Source: a virus (lineage: Duplodnaviria > Caudoviricetes). Taken from it: a DNA stretch of 53,218 nucleotides. The stretch covers positions 1 to 53,218 of the IMG/VR virus record IMGVR_UViG_3300032116_000277; one strand, 5' to 3'. This document shows, piece by piece, positions 8,986 through 16,845 of the stretch (position 1 is the stretch's first letter; each line of letters opens with the position of its first letter). Under the pieces are notes generated by a model. The model saw only the letters and a list, made by a program, of their open reading frames with translations, did not search any database and had not been told where the DNA came from. Position numbers and translations under genes: made by a program.

Positions 8986-9585
8986 ATGGATTTATCACGT
9001 CTCAAAGGTCATGTACCTGATACTGTTATTGCACAGATCCCTGAAGTGATGCAGAAGTTTGCAGTGAACACACCGCTACGTCTTGCTCACTTCTTAGCTC
9101 AGTGTGGACACGAGTCAGGTGGATTTAAGTTAACGCAAGAGAACCTTAACTATTCAGCTAAGGGTCTTATGGGCATTTTTAAAAAGTATTTTCCTACACA
9201 GGCTTTGGCTGATCAGTATGCACGCAAGCCTGAAAAGATTGCTAACCGTGTATACGGTGGACGTATGGGTAACGGTCCTGAAGCTTCTGGTGAAGGATAT
9301 AAGTTTCGTGGTCGTGGATATATCCAATTGACCGGTAAGCAGAACTATACTGCATTTGATGCTTCTGTACCAGAGAGTATAGTAGATAATCCTGATCTAG
9401 TAGCTACCAAATATCCTTTGGCATCTGCTGCCTGGTTCTGGAGTAAGAATGGTCTTAACGCCATTGCTGACCAAGGTTCTAGTGTTGAGACTGTTACAAA
9501 AGCTACAAAGCGTGTAAACGGTGGTACTATTGGTTTAGCAGATCGTATCAAACACTTTAAAGAGTATCACGCATTACTTGCATGA
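8986..9585 (+). CDS. Endolysin, glycoside hydrolase family 19
   Basis: RLAHFLAQCGHESGG, ENLNYS, IANRVYGGRMGN, FRGRGYIQLTGKQNY, SAAWFW, VNGGTIGLADR. Confidence 0.92.
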   Translation: MDLSRLKGHVPDTVIAQIPEVMQKFAVNTPLRLAHFLAQCGHESGGFKLTQENLNYSAKGLMGIFKKYFPTQALADQYARKPEKIANRVYGGRMGNGPEASGEGYKFRGRGYIQLTGKQNYTAFDASVPESIVDNPDLVATKYPLASAAWFWSKNGLNAIADQGSSVETVTKATKRVNGGTIGLADRIKHFKEYHALLA

Positions 9586-9616
9586 TAAAAAAAGTTATTA
9601 CTAAAAACTTCAAGAT

Positions 9617-9751
9617 ATGGCTAAGGCCAAAGGCTCCAAAGCCGGAGAATCAAGAAAGGTCACCTTTGGAAAACGTAAGGGCGGTAAAGCTGCCAAAAGC
9701 AGAGGACCAAAGGACAAGGCAGTCTCCAAGTACCGAGGACAAGGACGCTGA
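9617..9751 (+). CDS. Small basic protein ending KYRGQGR (44 aa)
   Basis: MAKAKGSKAGESRKVTFGKRKGGKAAKSRGPKDKAVSKYRGQGR. Confidence 0.65.
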   Translation: MAKAKGSKAGESRKVTFGKRKGGKAAKSRGPKDKAVSKYRGQGR

Positions 9752-9784
9752 TTCATAATAAAACCAACCTCTAAATCTAACGTT

Positions 9785-10267
9785 ATGAACCTTAGAGGTT
9801 ATTTTATAATGCTATTCTGTACTGTGTGGGTATCATCATACTCACAAAGTATATATATTGATAGTGTACGGAACAATATTCCTACTGGTCCGCTTACTGC
9901 TAATAAGAATCTAAGCTTTGGTGTAAAGAACATCTTGGCTGAAGTGCTTCAGGACAAAGGACTTGACCTGCTTCCTAAAAAGTATGAGGGTGAACTAAGT
10001 CTAGTTACGGAGATATACTTCTTTGATATCGTACAGACAAATGGTGGTGTTTCTGTCTTTAAAAAGCAGAGTAATACTACTATTATGGGTTTGAAAGGCA
10101 TGCTATATAAAAACGGCAAGCTTGTAAGCTCAAAGAAAATTGAAGAGTCTTCTTCTGAAATAGTTATGGCCAACTTGGTCGTACCTGAGGATGGAAAACC
10201 TAATCAACAATCTGTTAGTAACGTAATCAAAAAAGCCTGTCAGGCTTTAATTGACAAACTCCTATGA
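9785..10267 (+). CDS. Secreted protein, short CsgG/TolB-N-like paralogue of 14657..15424
   Basis: Signal peptide ending SYS-Q; LSFGVKNILAEVL resembles VGLGVTNIIVEYL; NQQSVSNVIKKA resembles NQSTIGITTKKA. Confidence 0.5.
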   Translation: MNLRGYFIMLFCTVWVSSYSQSIYIDSVRNNIPTGPLTANKNLSFGVKNILAEVLQDKGLDLLPKKYEGELSLVTEIYFFDIVQTNGGVSVFKKQSNTTIMGLKGMLYKNGKLVSSKKIEESSSEIVMANLVVPEDGKPNQQSVSNVIKKACQALIDKLL

Positions 10268-12165
10268 TAAAAAAACTTTTGCTTGCTTGCTTTCTTCTTC
10301 TTTCAACACTCACTTACTCACAAACAATCGGACACTTTCAGCAGTTAGCTAGTGTAAAAAGAGGAGATACTTTAGATGTGGCGTGGTACTACCAGCCTAG
10401 TGGTTCTGTGGATATCAGAACGTTTCAGGTTGACTTTCAGTTTAAGAAGGACCTGTTTACGCATCTGAGTACTCACATAGACACTCCGTATGTAACTACT
10501 GGTCGTCAGCCTCAGCTGGACTATAGACAATTTAATGACTATAAGTACAGTGGGTATAGTAATGGAAGTTATGTCTACTCTGCAGACAATGCCTGGTCAG
10601 TAGGACGTAACTATCTTACGCTTCCTGCCGGCAGTGGATTTGGTACAAACAATGGATACATAATCCATAATAAGTTTAAGATCAATGCTGTTGCAGCCAA
10701 CTTCGTATCAGATACGATTACTGTTAACTGGGCAAGACTTTTTAGAGTAGACGGTACCAGTATAGGAGATAACGTAGCAACGCTGACTAATAAGAAGCTT
10801 GCTATTTTCTTACAAGGTAACCTGACTATCTCTGGTAAAATATGGATGGGTGCTAGTACTGGCCTTCCTACACTTATTGCTTATGATAACAATACAGGTG
10901 TAGAAGCATCACGTACAGTTCCTGCTGCAGATGGTACTTATACATTAAGTAACATAGAGCAGAACACTAAGTATAAGATTAAAGTAGTGTTTCCTCAGGA
11001 TAGTTTGATCACAATGCGTGACCGTGCTGTTACTGTAGCAGATGCTGTAAAGACTTTAAATGAGTTTAAGAATGCTGATATTAATCAGAACTTTCCAAGG
11101 ACGTATCTAACCAACGGCTTGGCTTATTTGATAGCAGATGTTAGCCGTAATGGAGTATTAGATGGTGGTGATCCTTATAACATCTATGCTTCTGTATCAG
11201 GACTACAGCCAATTGATACAGCTCGTCTTGTGAATGTATTCTTGAAGAATGAGTTTGACTCATTGGCTATGGGTGCAAACCAGTGGACCACTTGGGCCAA
11301 TAACCGTGATAAAGGTTTGTTTGTATATGACTCTGTGACTACAGTTAACTCTACAAACATTGATATCAAGTATATGTTACTGGGTGACGTAGATCGTTCT
11401 CACTCTTCACCAGTATATAATGCACAGGGGCAACTTGTAGCTCGTACAATATACCGTGGTAACATAAATGTAACTGTACCTGATACTTATGTAAACAATA
11501 CACAGCCTTTGTATGTACCGTTTAACGTAAGCTACGCAGGGTACAAGAACACAGGTTTACAGTTTGAGATGAAGTATGATCCTGCGGTTGTTCGTTTTGA
11601 GCAGATCCAGTCTAACATTGACGGACCTTGGCTTCAGTATGTAACTAACGACAGTATAAAAGGTATAGTAAGGTTTGGTGGAATGAATAACCAGGATAAG
11701 GGTTTCTTAACTGGAGACTTTACTCCTTATAAGCTTAAGTTCTCACCTAAGAATCCTGGTACAGACATCACCAGCTTTGTATATGTGAGGCGTTTGATGG
11801 ATGCATCTGATGAAAACGGTGATCACTACAACATTGTGTTGCAGTCAGACCGTATAGTTCTTAGTTACCGCATGAATGGAGGAGGTCCAGTATTTGCAAA
11901 CATGGAGCCTACTATCACGGTAAATCCTAATCCGACTACCGGCATGTTTGAGGTAGTAGTATTTCTACCAAAGAACAGCAACATGAATGCACTGGTCTAT
12001 GATATGCAAGGTAGACTTATTATGGACTTAGGTAAGTTCAAAACAGAAGACACTGAGTTTACATTTCGTAAACCAGTATCAAGTTCTAGCATGCCTGTAG
12101 GTATGTATAATCTAGTATTATTTGATAACCGTAAACGTATAACAACTAAACTAATAAAATCATAA
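10264..12165 (+). CDS. T9SS type-A CTD cargo protein with cohesin-like and dockerin-like modules
   Basis: Signal peptide TYS-Q; cohesin-like VKRGDTLDV..FQVDFQF and VPFNV..GLQFEMKYDPAVVRF; ADVSRNGVLDGGD; C-terminal VNPNPTTG..VYDMQGRL..GMYNLVL..TTKLIK. Confidence 0.8.
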   Translation: MIKKLLLACFLLLSTLTYSQTIGHFQQLASVKRGDTLDVAWYYQPSGSVDIRTFQVDFQFKKDLFTHLSTHIDTPYVTTGRQPQLDYRQFNDYKYSGYSNGSYVYSADNAWSVGRNYLTLPAGSGFGTNNGYIIHNKFKINAVAANFVSDTITVNWARLFRVDGTSIGDNVATLTNKKLAIFLQGNLTISGKIWMGASTGLPTLIAYDNNTGVEASRTVPAADGTYTLSNIEQNTKYKIKVVFPQDSLITMRDRAVTVADAVKTLNEFKNADINQNFPRTYLTNGLAYLIADVSRNGVLDGGDPYNIYASVSGLQPIDTARLVNVFLKNEFDSLAMGANQWTTWANNRDKGLFVYDSVTTVNSTNIDIKYMLLGDVDRSHSSPVYNAQGQLVARTIYRGNINVTVPDTYVNNTQPLYVPFNVSYAGYKNTGLQFEMKYDPAVVRFEQIQSNIDGPWLQYVTNDSIKGIVRFGGMNNQDKGFLTGDFTPYKLKFSPKNPGTDITSFVYVRRLMDASDENGDHYNIVLQSDRIVLSYRMNGGGPVFANMEPTITVNPNPTTGMFEVVVFLPKNSNMNALVYDMQGRLIMDLGKFKTEDTEFTFRKPVSSSSMPVGMYNLVLFDNRKRITTKLIKS

Positions 12166-12168
12166 ACT

Positions 12169-12477
12169 ATGTCAGAAGAACAAGTAACACAAGAAGAAGG
12201 TACTTGGTCAGGTCTTAAGAAGACTTTGATTGGTACTATCAGTACAGTAATCCTTGGTGCAGGCACCTGGGTAGGTACAACATTTTTTGGAGGTAAAGAA
12301 GAAGCTGCTCCAGCTCCTGCCGCTGCACAGCCAAGTATTATCATTAATAATACACAGGCTCAGCAACAAGCTGCCGGTGGTACTAAAGTAATTGAGCGTG
12401 TGGTTGAGAAACCAGCTGCTAAACCTGCAGAACCAGCTCCAAAGAAGAAAGAGTTTTCAGAAGAACCAAAGTGGTAA
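12169..12477 (+). CDS. Single-TM protein with a Pro/Ala/Gln-rich tail
   Basis: LIGTISTVILGAGTWVGTTFFGG; APAPAAA; KPAAKPAEPAP. Confidence 0.7.
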   Translation: MSEEQVTQEEGTWSGLKKTLIGTISTVILGAGTWVGTTFFGGKEEAAPAPAAAQPSIIINNTQAQQQAAGGTKVIERVVEKPAAKPAEPAPKKKEFSEEPKW

Positions 12478-12493
12478 TATAAAACCTAAGTAT

Positions 12494-13102
12494 ATGTTAT
12501 TTAAAAAGAAAGAAGAACAAACAACACCAGTAACGGGATTTCAAGCCTTGCTCAATTCAATGATGAGGAGACGCTGGTTTATTACAGCTCTTGTTCTTGG
12601 GTCATTTATGTTTATTGTTGGTGGCATATTTATTGCCATAGAGTTGGGTCATCCCATAGCTGGTGAGTGGAAAGAACTTCTACTTCTTATGCTGGGTGCT
12701 TTCATCGGCTCATATGGCAAGATCATTGACTACTGGTTCTCTGATACCGACAAGGACAAGATGTTAGTTCAGAAAATGGATGAAGAAGACGGTGTTAGTC
12801 TGTCTCATACTAATGAAATGAAAGAGTCAGCTAAGCCTGCCGGTGGAAGTCTTGTAGATCCAACATTTGCTGCATTTGCTGCTAAAGCAGGAGATTCTAA
12901 ATCTGATACAGCACCAGTTTCTAAAAAAGGTACAGAGATTGACGAAGACGGTGATGGCGTAATGGACGGTCTAGACTTTGATGGTGATGGTAAGATTGAT
13001 GAATACTTTGCCCACAGACAGTGTGAACACGTATGGGGTGATGTAGACGGTGATGGTGATGAAGAGTGTGTTAAGTGTGGCAAGATTAAAGATCCGGAAT
13101 AA
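12494..13102 (+). CDS. 2-TM membrane protein with DxDGDG Ca-binding repeats and a Cys/His cluster
   Basis: Likely start MLFKKK at 12494; two TM segments; DEDGDG, DFDGDG, DVDGDG; CEH...CVKC. Confidence 0.65.
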   Translation: MLFKKKEEQTTPVTGFQALLNSMMRRRWFITALVLGSFMFIVGGIFIAIELGHPIAGEWKELLLLMLGAFIGSYGKIIDYWFSDTDKDKMLVQKMDEEDGVSLSHTNEMKESAKPAGGSLVDPTFAAFAAKAGDSKSDTAPVSKKGTEIDEDGDGVMDGLDFDGDGKIDEYFAHRQCEHVWGDVDGDGDEECVKCGKIKDPE

Positions 13103-13135
13103 TATTTTTCACTTAATCCTGTAATATGGAAGCTG

Positions 13136-13381
13136 ATGAACAAAAGAAAAAGATTAAAGATTTTACGTTCCTCCCGGGATATAAGCTTGATGTTGGCAAT
13201 GTTTTTTTTGCCACTGGGCTACGACTTTTTGTTCAAGACGCTTTTAGATATTACGGGCAGCTTTTGGCTTACCGATATGATATTTTATTGTTTATCAGGA
13301 GTCTTTTGGCTGTCATACTGGCTGCTTTCAAAGTACTCTAATAAAATCAAAGATCATGGCAATGCCGTGTCCAATATGTAA
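13136..13381 (+). CDS. Small 2-TM membrane protein
   Basis: ISLMLAMFFLPLGY and MIFYCLSGVFWLSYWLL. Confidence 0.6.
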   Translation: MNKRKRLKILRSSRDISLMLAMFFLPLGYDFLFKTLLDITGSFWLTDMIFYCLSGVFWLSYWLLSKYSNKIKDHGNAVSNM

Positions 13382-13559
13382 AAATCAACTGGGTTTTGAT
13401 TTAGACTTTATAATAAAAAACCCCAAAAGCAAATGTCCTCACTGTAATACTGTTTTTAACTTTTCTGTAAGTGAAGATGTCAAATCATCCTTTTATTCTG
13501 CAACACATGAGATAAAGGAGATTAAAAAAAAGTATGAGAAGATGGTAAAATTTACTTAA
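13356..13559 (+). CDS. Small zinc-ribbon protein
   Basis: CPIC...CPHC. Confidence 0.65.
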   Translation: MAMPCPICKNQLGFDLDFIIKNPKSKCPHCNTVFNFSVSEDVKSSFYSATHEIKEIKKKYEKMVKFT

Positions 13560-13577
13560 CCTATAAAACTCAAAACT

Positions 13578-14168
13578 ATGGCAGATTCTATTGCAGATCA
13601 GTTCAGGGGACTTCCTATTGAAGAACTTATTGTTAGTCCTATTATTGGCATGGCCAAAGGTCAAGCCAAGCTAAATGAAGTAACCTGGAGATATATCTCT
13701 GAGGTTGCTTTTGAAAAGAAAGGAGACGCTCAGGTGGCTCGTTCTTTAGATGTACAGATGGAAAGAGTGTTTACTAATGGTGACACTGGTGTTCAAGAAC
13801 TTAAAACTGTTTACAGTAAAGTTCCTATGCTTCCTTTGGTTCCACTTCCTTCTCTTGCTATTACTTCAGCTGATATTAACTTCACAATGGAAGTTAAAAC
13901 ATCAGAAGGATCAAAAGAAACTAGTGATACCCAGACTGGCTATGAAGTTTCTGCTGGTGGTAAATGGTGGGGTATGAGCTTTAATGCTAAAGTAAGTGGA
14001 AGCGTAAGTACACACAAAGAAAATACCAGAAGTACTGATAATTCAGCTAAGTATGAAGTTAAAGTTCATGCTGAGCAGTTACCTCCTACAGAAGGTATGT
14101 TAAAGTTATCTGATTTTTTGACTGCTATGCTTGAGCCATCTTTGGTTCCATTGTCTAAGGAAAGCTAA
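13578..14168 (+). CDS. DUF2589-family protein
   Basis: QFRGLPIEELIVSP..A.GQ..L, VPMLPLVPLPSL.I...I.FTMEV, TRSTDNSAKYEVKVHA. Confidence 0.75.
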   Translation: MADSIADQFRGLPIEELIVSPIIGMAKGQAKLNEVTWRYISEVAFEKKGDAQVARSLDVQMERVFTNGDTGVQELKTVYSKVPMLPLVPLPSLAITSADINFTMEVKTSEGSKETSDTQTGYEVSAGGKWWGMSFNAKVSGSVSTHKENTRSTDNSAKYEVKVHAEQLPPTEGMLKLSDFLTAMLEPSLVPLSKES

Positions 14169-14184
14169 ACAGTAAAAATACTTT

Positions 14185-14673
14185 ATGGCAAGATTAAACG
14201 TAGAGGAACTCATAGGCGGTCTCTTAGAGGCCGCCATGGTTTCTCAAAGTATAAGTGAAAGACAGCATATTAATGCAATAAGAAACTATTTTAATGAAGA
14301 TGGTACTCCTAAAACTACTTCGTTTAATGTAGGTGGTAAAGACTTGGTAGTACCTCTTTATATTTTAGCAGATCACTCATCTATAGGATTAGATGAATTA
14401 GATATTGAGTTTAGCTGTAGACTGCTATTTGGAGACGAAGAAAAAGATGTTTCCAATCTTAAAAAATCTCTGTTAGGACTATTTAAGAAAAAGGGATACC
14501 AGCATAACATAAAAGGAATAGAAGTTGATTCTGGATTTAATCCTAATAGTTCTGGGCAAGCTAAAATAAGGGTAAAGTTTAAATCTGATGAAAAGCCAGA
14601 AGCTGTTTCTAGATTAATTGATTCTTATATCCAAGCTCTTGAGCCTATAAAATCTAATGATGATGAAAGTTGA
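14185..14673 (+). CDS. DUF2589-family protein (second, shorter paralogue)
   Basis: ELIGGLLEAA..SQ, VPLYILADHSSIGLDELDIEF, PEAVSRLID; tandem with the previous gene. Confidence 0.65.
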   Translation: MARLNVEELIGGLLEAAMVSQSISERQHINAIRNYFNEDGTPKTTSFNVGGKDLVVPLYILADHSSIGLDELDIEFSCRLLFGDEEKDVSNLKKSLLGLFKKKGYQHNIKGIEVDSGFNPNSSGQAKIRVKFKSDEKPEAVSRLIDSYIQALEPIKSNDDES

Positions 14674-15424
14674 TAAAGATATACTTAAGATTACTTTGAT
14701 TGTAGGCCTGTGGTTTTTATCTATGTTCTTGATCAGTTCACTTTTAAATAAGTGTACAGCTCAGACAGTAGGGTCTACTAAGACCGAACAGTATCAGGCT
14801 GGCTTTGAAAAGAAAGTAAACATTGATTCTTTGATGGACTATAACGGTCCAACTATTCCTATACAGCTATTAAGCTTAGGTATCAATGAAGATGTATATG
14901 CTATGTACCCAGAGCTTAAAGACAAACGTGTAGGTCTGGGCGTTACTAATATCATTGTTGAGTATCTGGAGGAGACCGGTAGGTTCACCTTTACAGAAGA
15001 TAAGACTGAGATTAAGAACCGCATGGTAAAGCAGTTTCAGGCCAGTCAGTCTGGTATTACTGAGAACAAACTGGATGGACGTGGTAAGATTATGTTAGCA
15101 CGTTACTTTGTGTACATAGAAGTATATGACTTTTCTGTATCTGTTGACGAGGAGGTGAAGCTTGCAAATGGTGTAAAAGAAACTATGGTAACACGACTTG
15201 GTTTACAAGCTAAGTTCGTGGATGCTGAAACAGGAGAATACTTCACTGCCTCAGGTCTTGGAGAAGCCAAGACAGTAAGAGAGCTTACTCTTCTTAATGA
15301 TGATAACCTCTCTGAAATTAAGTTCAACCAATCAACGATTGGTATCACTACTAAGAAGGCTCTGGAAACAGCGGCTTCAAGAGTAGTTCTGCGTATGATC
15401 AAGAAGCAGATCTTCAAGAACTAG
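14657..15424 (+). CDS. CsgG/HfaB-family outer-membrane secretion protein
   Basis: Signal peptide CTA-Q; GVTNIIVEYLEETGRFTFTE, GKIMLARYFVYIEVYDF, LGLQAKFVDAETGE parallel the CsgG pattern (L..S..F...ER; A....EG.I..Y; V.LRVV.V.TGE). Confidence 0.65.
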   Translation: MMMKVDKDILKITLIVGLWFLSMFLISSLLNKCTAQTVGSTKTEQYQAGFEKKVNIDSLMDYNGPTIPIQLLSLGINEDVYAMYPELKDKRVGLGVTNIIVEYLEETGRFTFTEDKTEIKNRMVKQFQASQSGITENKLDGRGKIMLARYFVYIEVYDFSVSVDEEVKLANGVKETMVTRLGLQAKFVDAETGEYFTASGLGEAKTVRELTLLNDDNLSEIKFNQSTIGITTKKALETAASRVVLRMIKKQIFKN

Positions 15425-16845
15425 TGTGGCACCGTGCCCTTTATATCATAACATTGCTTGCCCTTACTTTGACTGCAAGAAGTCAGGTATTAACGTATAA
15501 CTTCACAGATCCTTGTACAAAGGTGGTGACTACGTTCAATATACCTGTAACGGGTACTACTACAATATACTTTCTAAATCGTACAGCCTCGTTTACTGCA
15601 GCAGATGTCAGTAGCGGGGCTTTTGCTGTTTGGGTAGATGCTACATATGCTGACTATAGAAAGATTTCACCCTGCGGTCAGCAATCCGGGCAGGTTACCC
15701 AGAATCAGATTACTAGTCAGATTATTGGTAACACAGTACAAAGTGTGGTGGGATCAATCATGAGCTCTGCACAGAGTCAGGCTACATCTTCTGTAGTCTC
15801 AAGTGCAACAGGAAGCTCAGTGTCATCTGGGGGAGGTGGCGTATCCAACGCTAGCTCAAAGGATAACAAGGACTCTAAATCTAATAACAATGGAAATACT
15901 TCTAATAGTTCTTCTAATTCTTCTAATACCAGTTCTAATAACCAATCAGGAGGCTCGTCAGGGTCTACTAGCTCTAGTCAAAATACTACTGGTACTGGTA
16001 GCTCTAGCGGGAGCAATAGTAGTAGCTCATCTTCATCTGACCAAAAGTCTTCTACAGAAGGGTCTCAAGAAGTTGCGGCTTCTACCACAATGAGTGCTGA
16101 TGCCTCATCAGATAAATCTGGAGGAGACAATAGTTCTTCTTCAGGAGGAGGAGGTAAATCAGGTAGTAAAGGTGGTGGTAAAGGCGGAGGGAATAACCCC
16201 ATACTAGTATCATCTGACTTTACTACGGCACAGAACTTGGATAAGACGTTTACGCCTATCCTGAATCTATCTATGAGTCAGTCATCACTGACTGGTAAGA
16301 CCAGTTGGGGAATGACTGGAATGATATGGTTTAACTTTAAGCAGTTTGCTCTTAGTGGTAAGTATACTAAAATGAGTGTAAACAAAAGTGGGAAGCTTAA
16401 GTATATATCCAACTTTGCACTGACTGCAGTTTACAGCTACGGAAATATCCTTGGCTTTATTGGGTACAGTGGTATTCTTAATGCTGGCAAGTTTGGGGTG
16501 ACCGGCTTTAATGTATCAGGTGCAGCAAGTGTAATAAGTGAAGATGATAATACATTCTTTAGTCCGTCTATTACTGCGTTTTACACTAAGCCTTTTTACC
16601 TAAATAAACGTAAGAGGTTAACTATATCACCTGAACTGTATATAATTTCTACTCCTCTGATATACTCAACAAAAGATAAAGTAACACAGAGTGATAGAAC
16701 TTTTAGTTTCTTTGCAGGATCTGGATTTGACTATCAGATAAGCAAGAAGTTTAAGTTTAACGTAAACTATAAGCTTAACGCTAGTACAAACAGAGAGTTT
16801 CCTATCCTGAGTTTCTTTTTGGTAGGAAGTAAAATCAACCTATGA
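15424..16845 (+). CDS. Secreted protein with a Ser/Gly/Asn-rich linker and C-terminal outer-membrane beta-barrel
   Basis: Signal peptide ARS-Q; long S/G/N low-complexity stretch; alternating amphipathic strands ending FFLVGSKINL. Confidence 0.6.
   Translation: MWHRALYIITLLALTLTARSQVLTYNFTDPCTKVVTTFNIPVTGTTTIYFLNRTASFTAADVSSGAFAVWVDATYADYRKISPCGQQSGQVTQNQITSQIIGNTVQSVVGSIMSSAQSQATSSVVSSATGSSVSSGGGGVSNASSKDNKDSKSNNNGNTSNSSSNSSNTSSNNQSGGSSGSTSSSQNTTGTGSSSGSNSSSSSSSDQKSSTEGSQEVAASTTMSADASSDKSGGDNSSSSGGGGKSGSKGGGKGGGNNPILVSSDFTTAQNLDKTFTPILNLSMSQSSLTGKTSWGMTGMIWFNFKQFALSGKYTKMSVNKSGKLKYISNFALTAVYSYGNILGFIGYSGILNAGKFGVTGFNVSGAASVISEDDNTFFSPSITAFYTKPFYLNKRKRLTISPELYIISTPLIYSTKDKVTQSDRTFSFFAGSGFDYQISKKFKFNVNYKLNASTNREFPILSFFLVGSKINL

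Noticed and set aside
15780-16200. Curlin-like amyloid repeats in the Ser/Gly/Asn-rich stretch
   Set aside because: It is low complexity without the periodic Q-x-G-x-x-N curlin pattern, so it was treated as a flexible linker.
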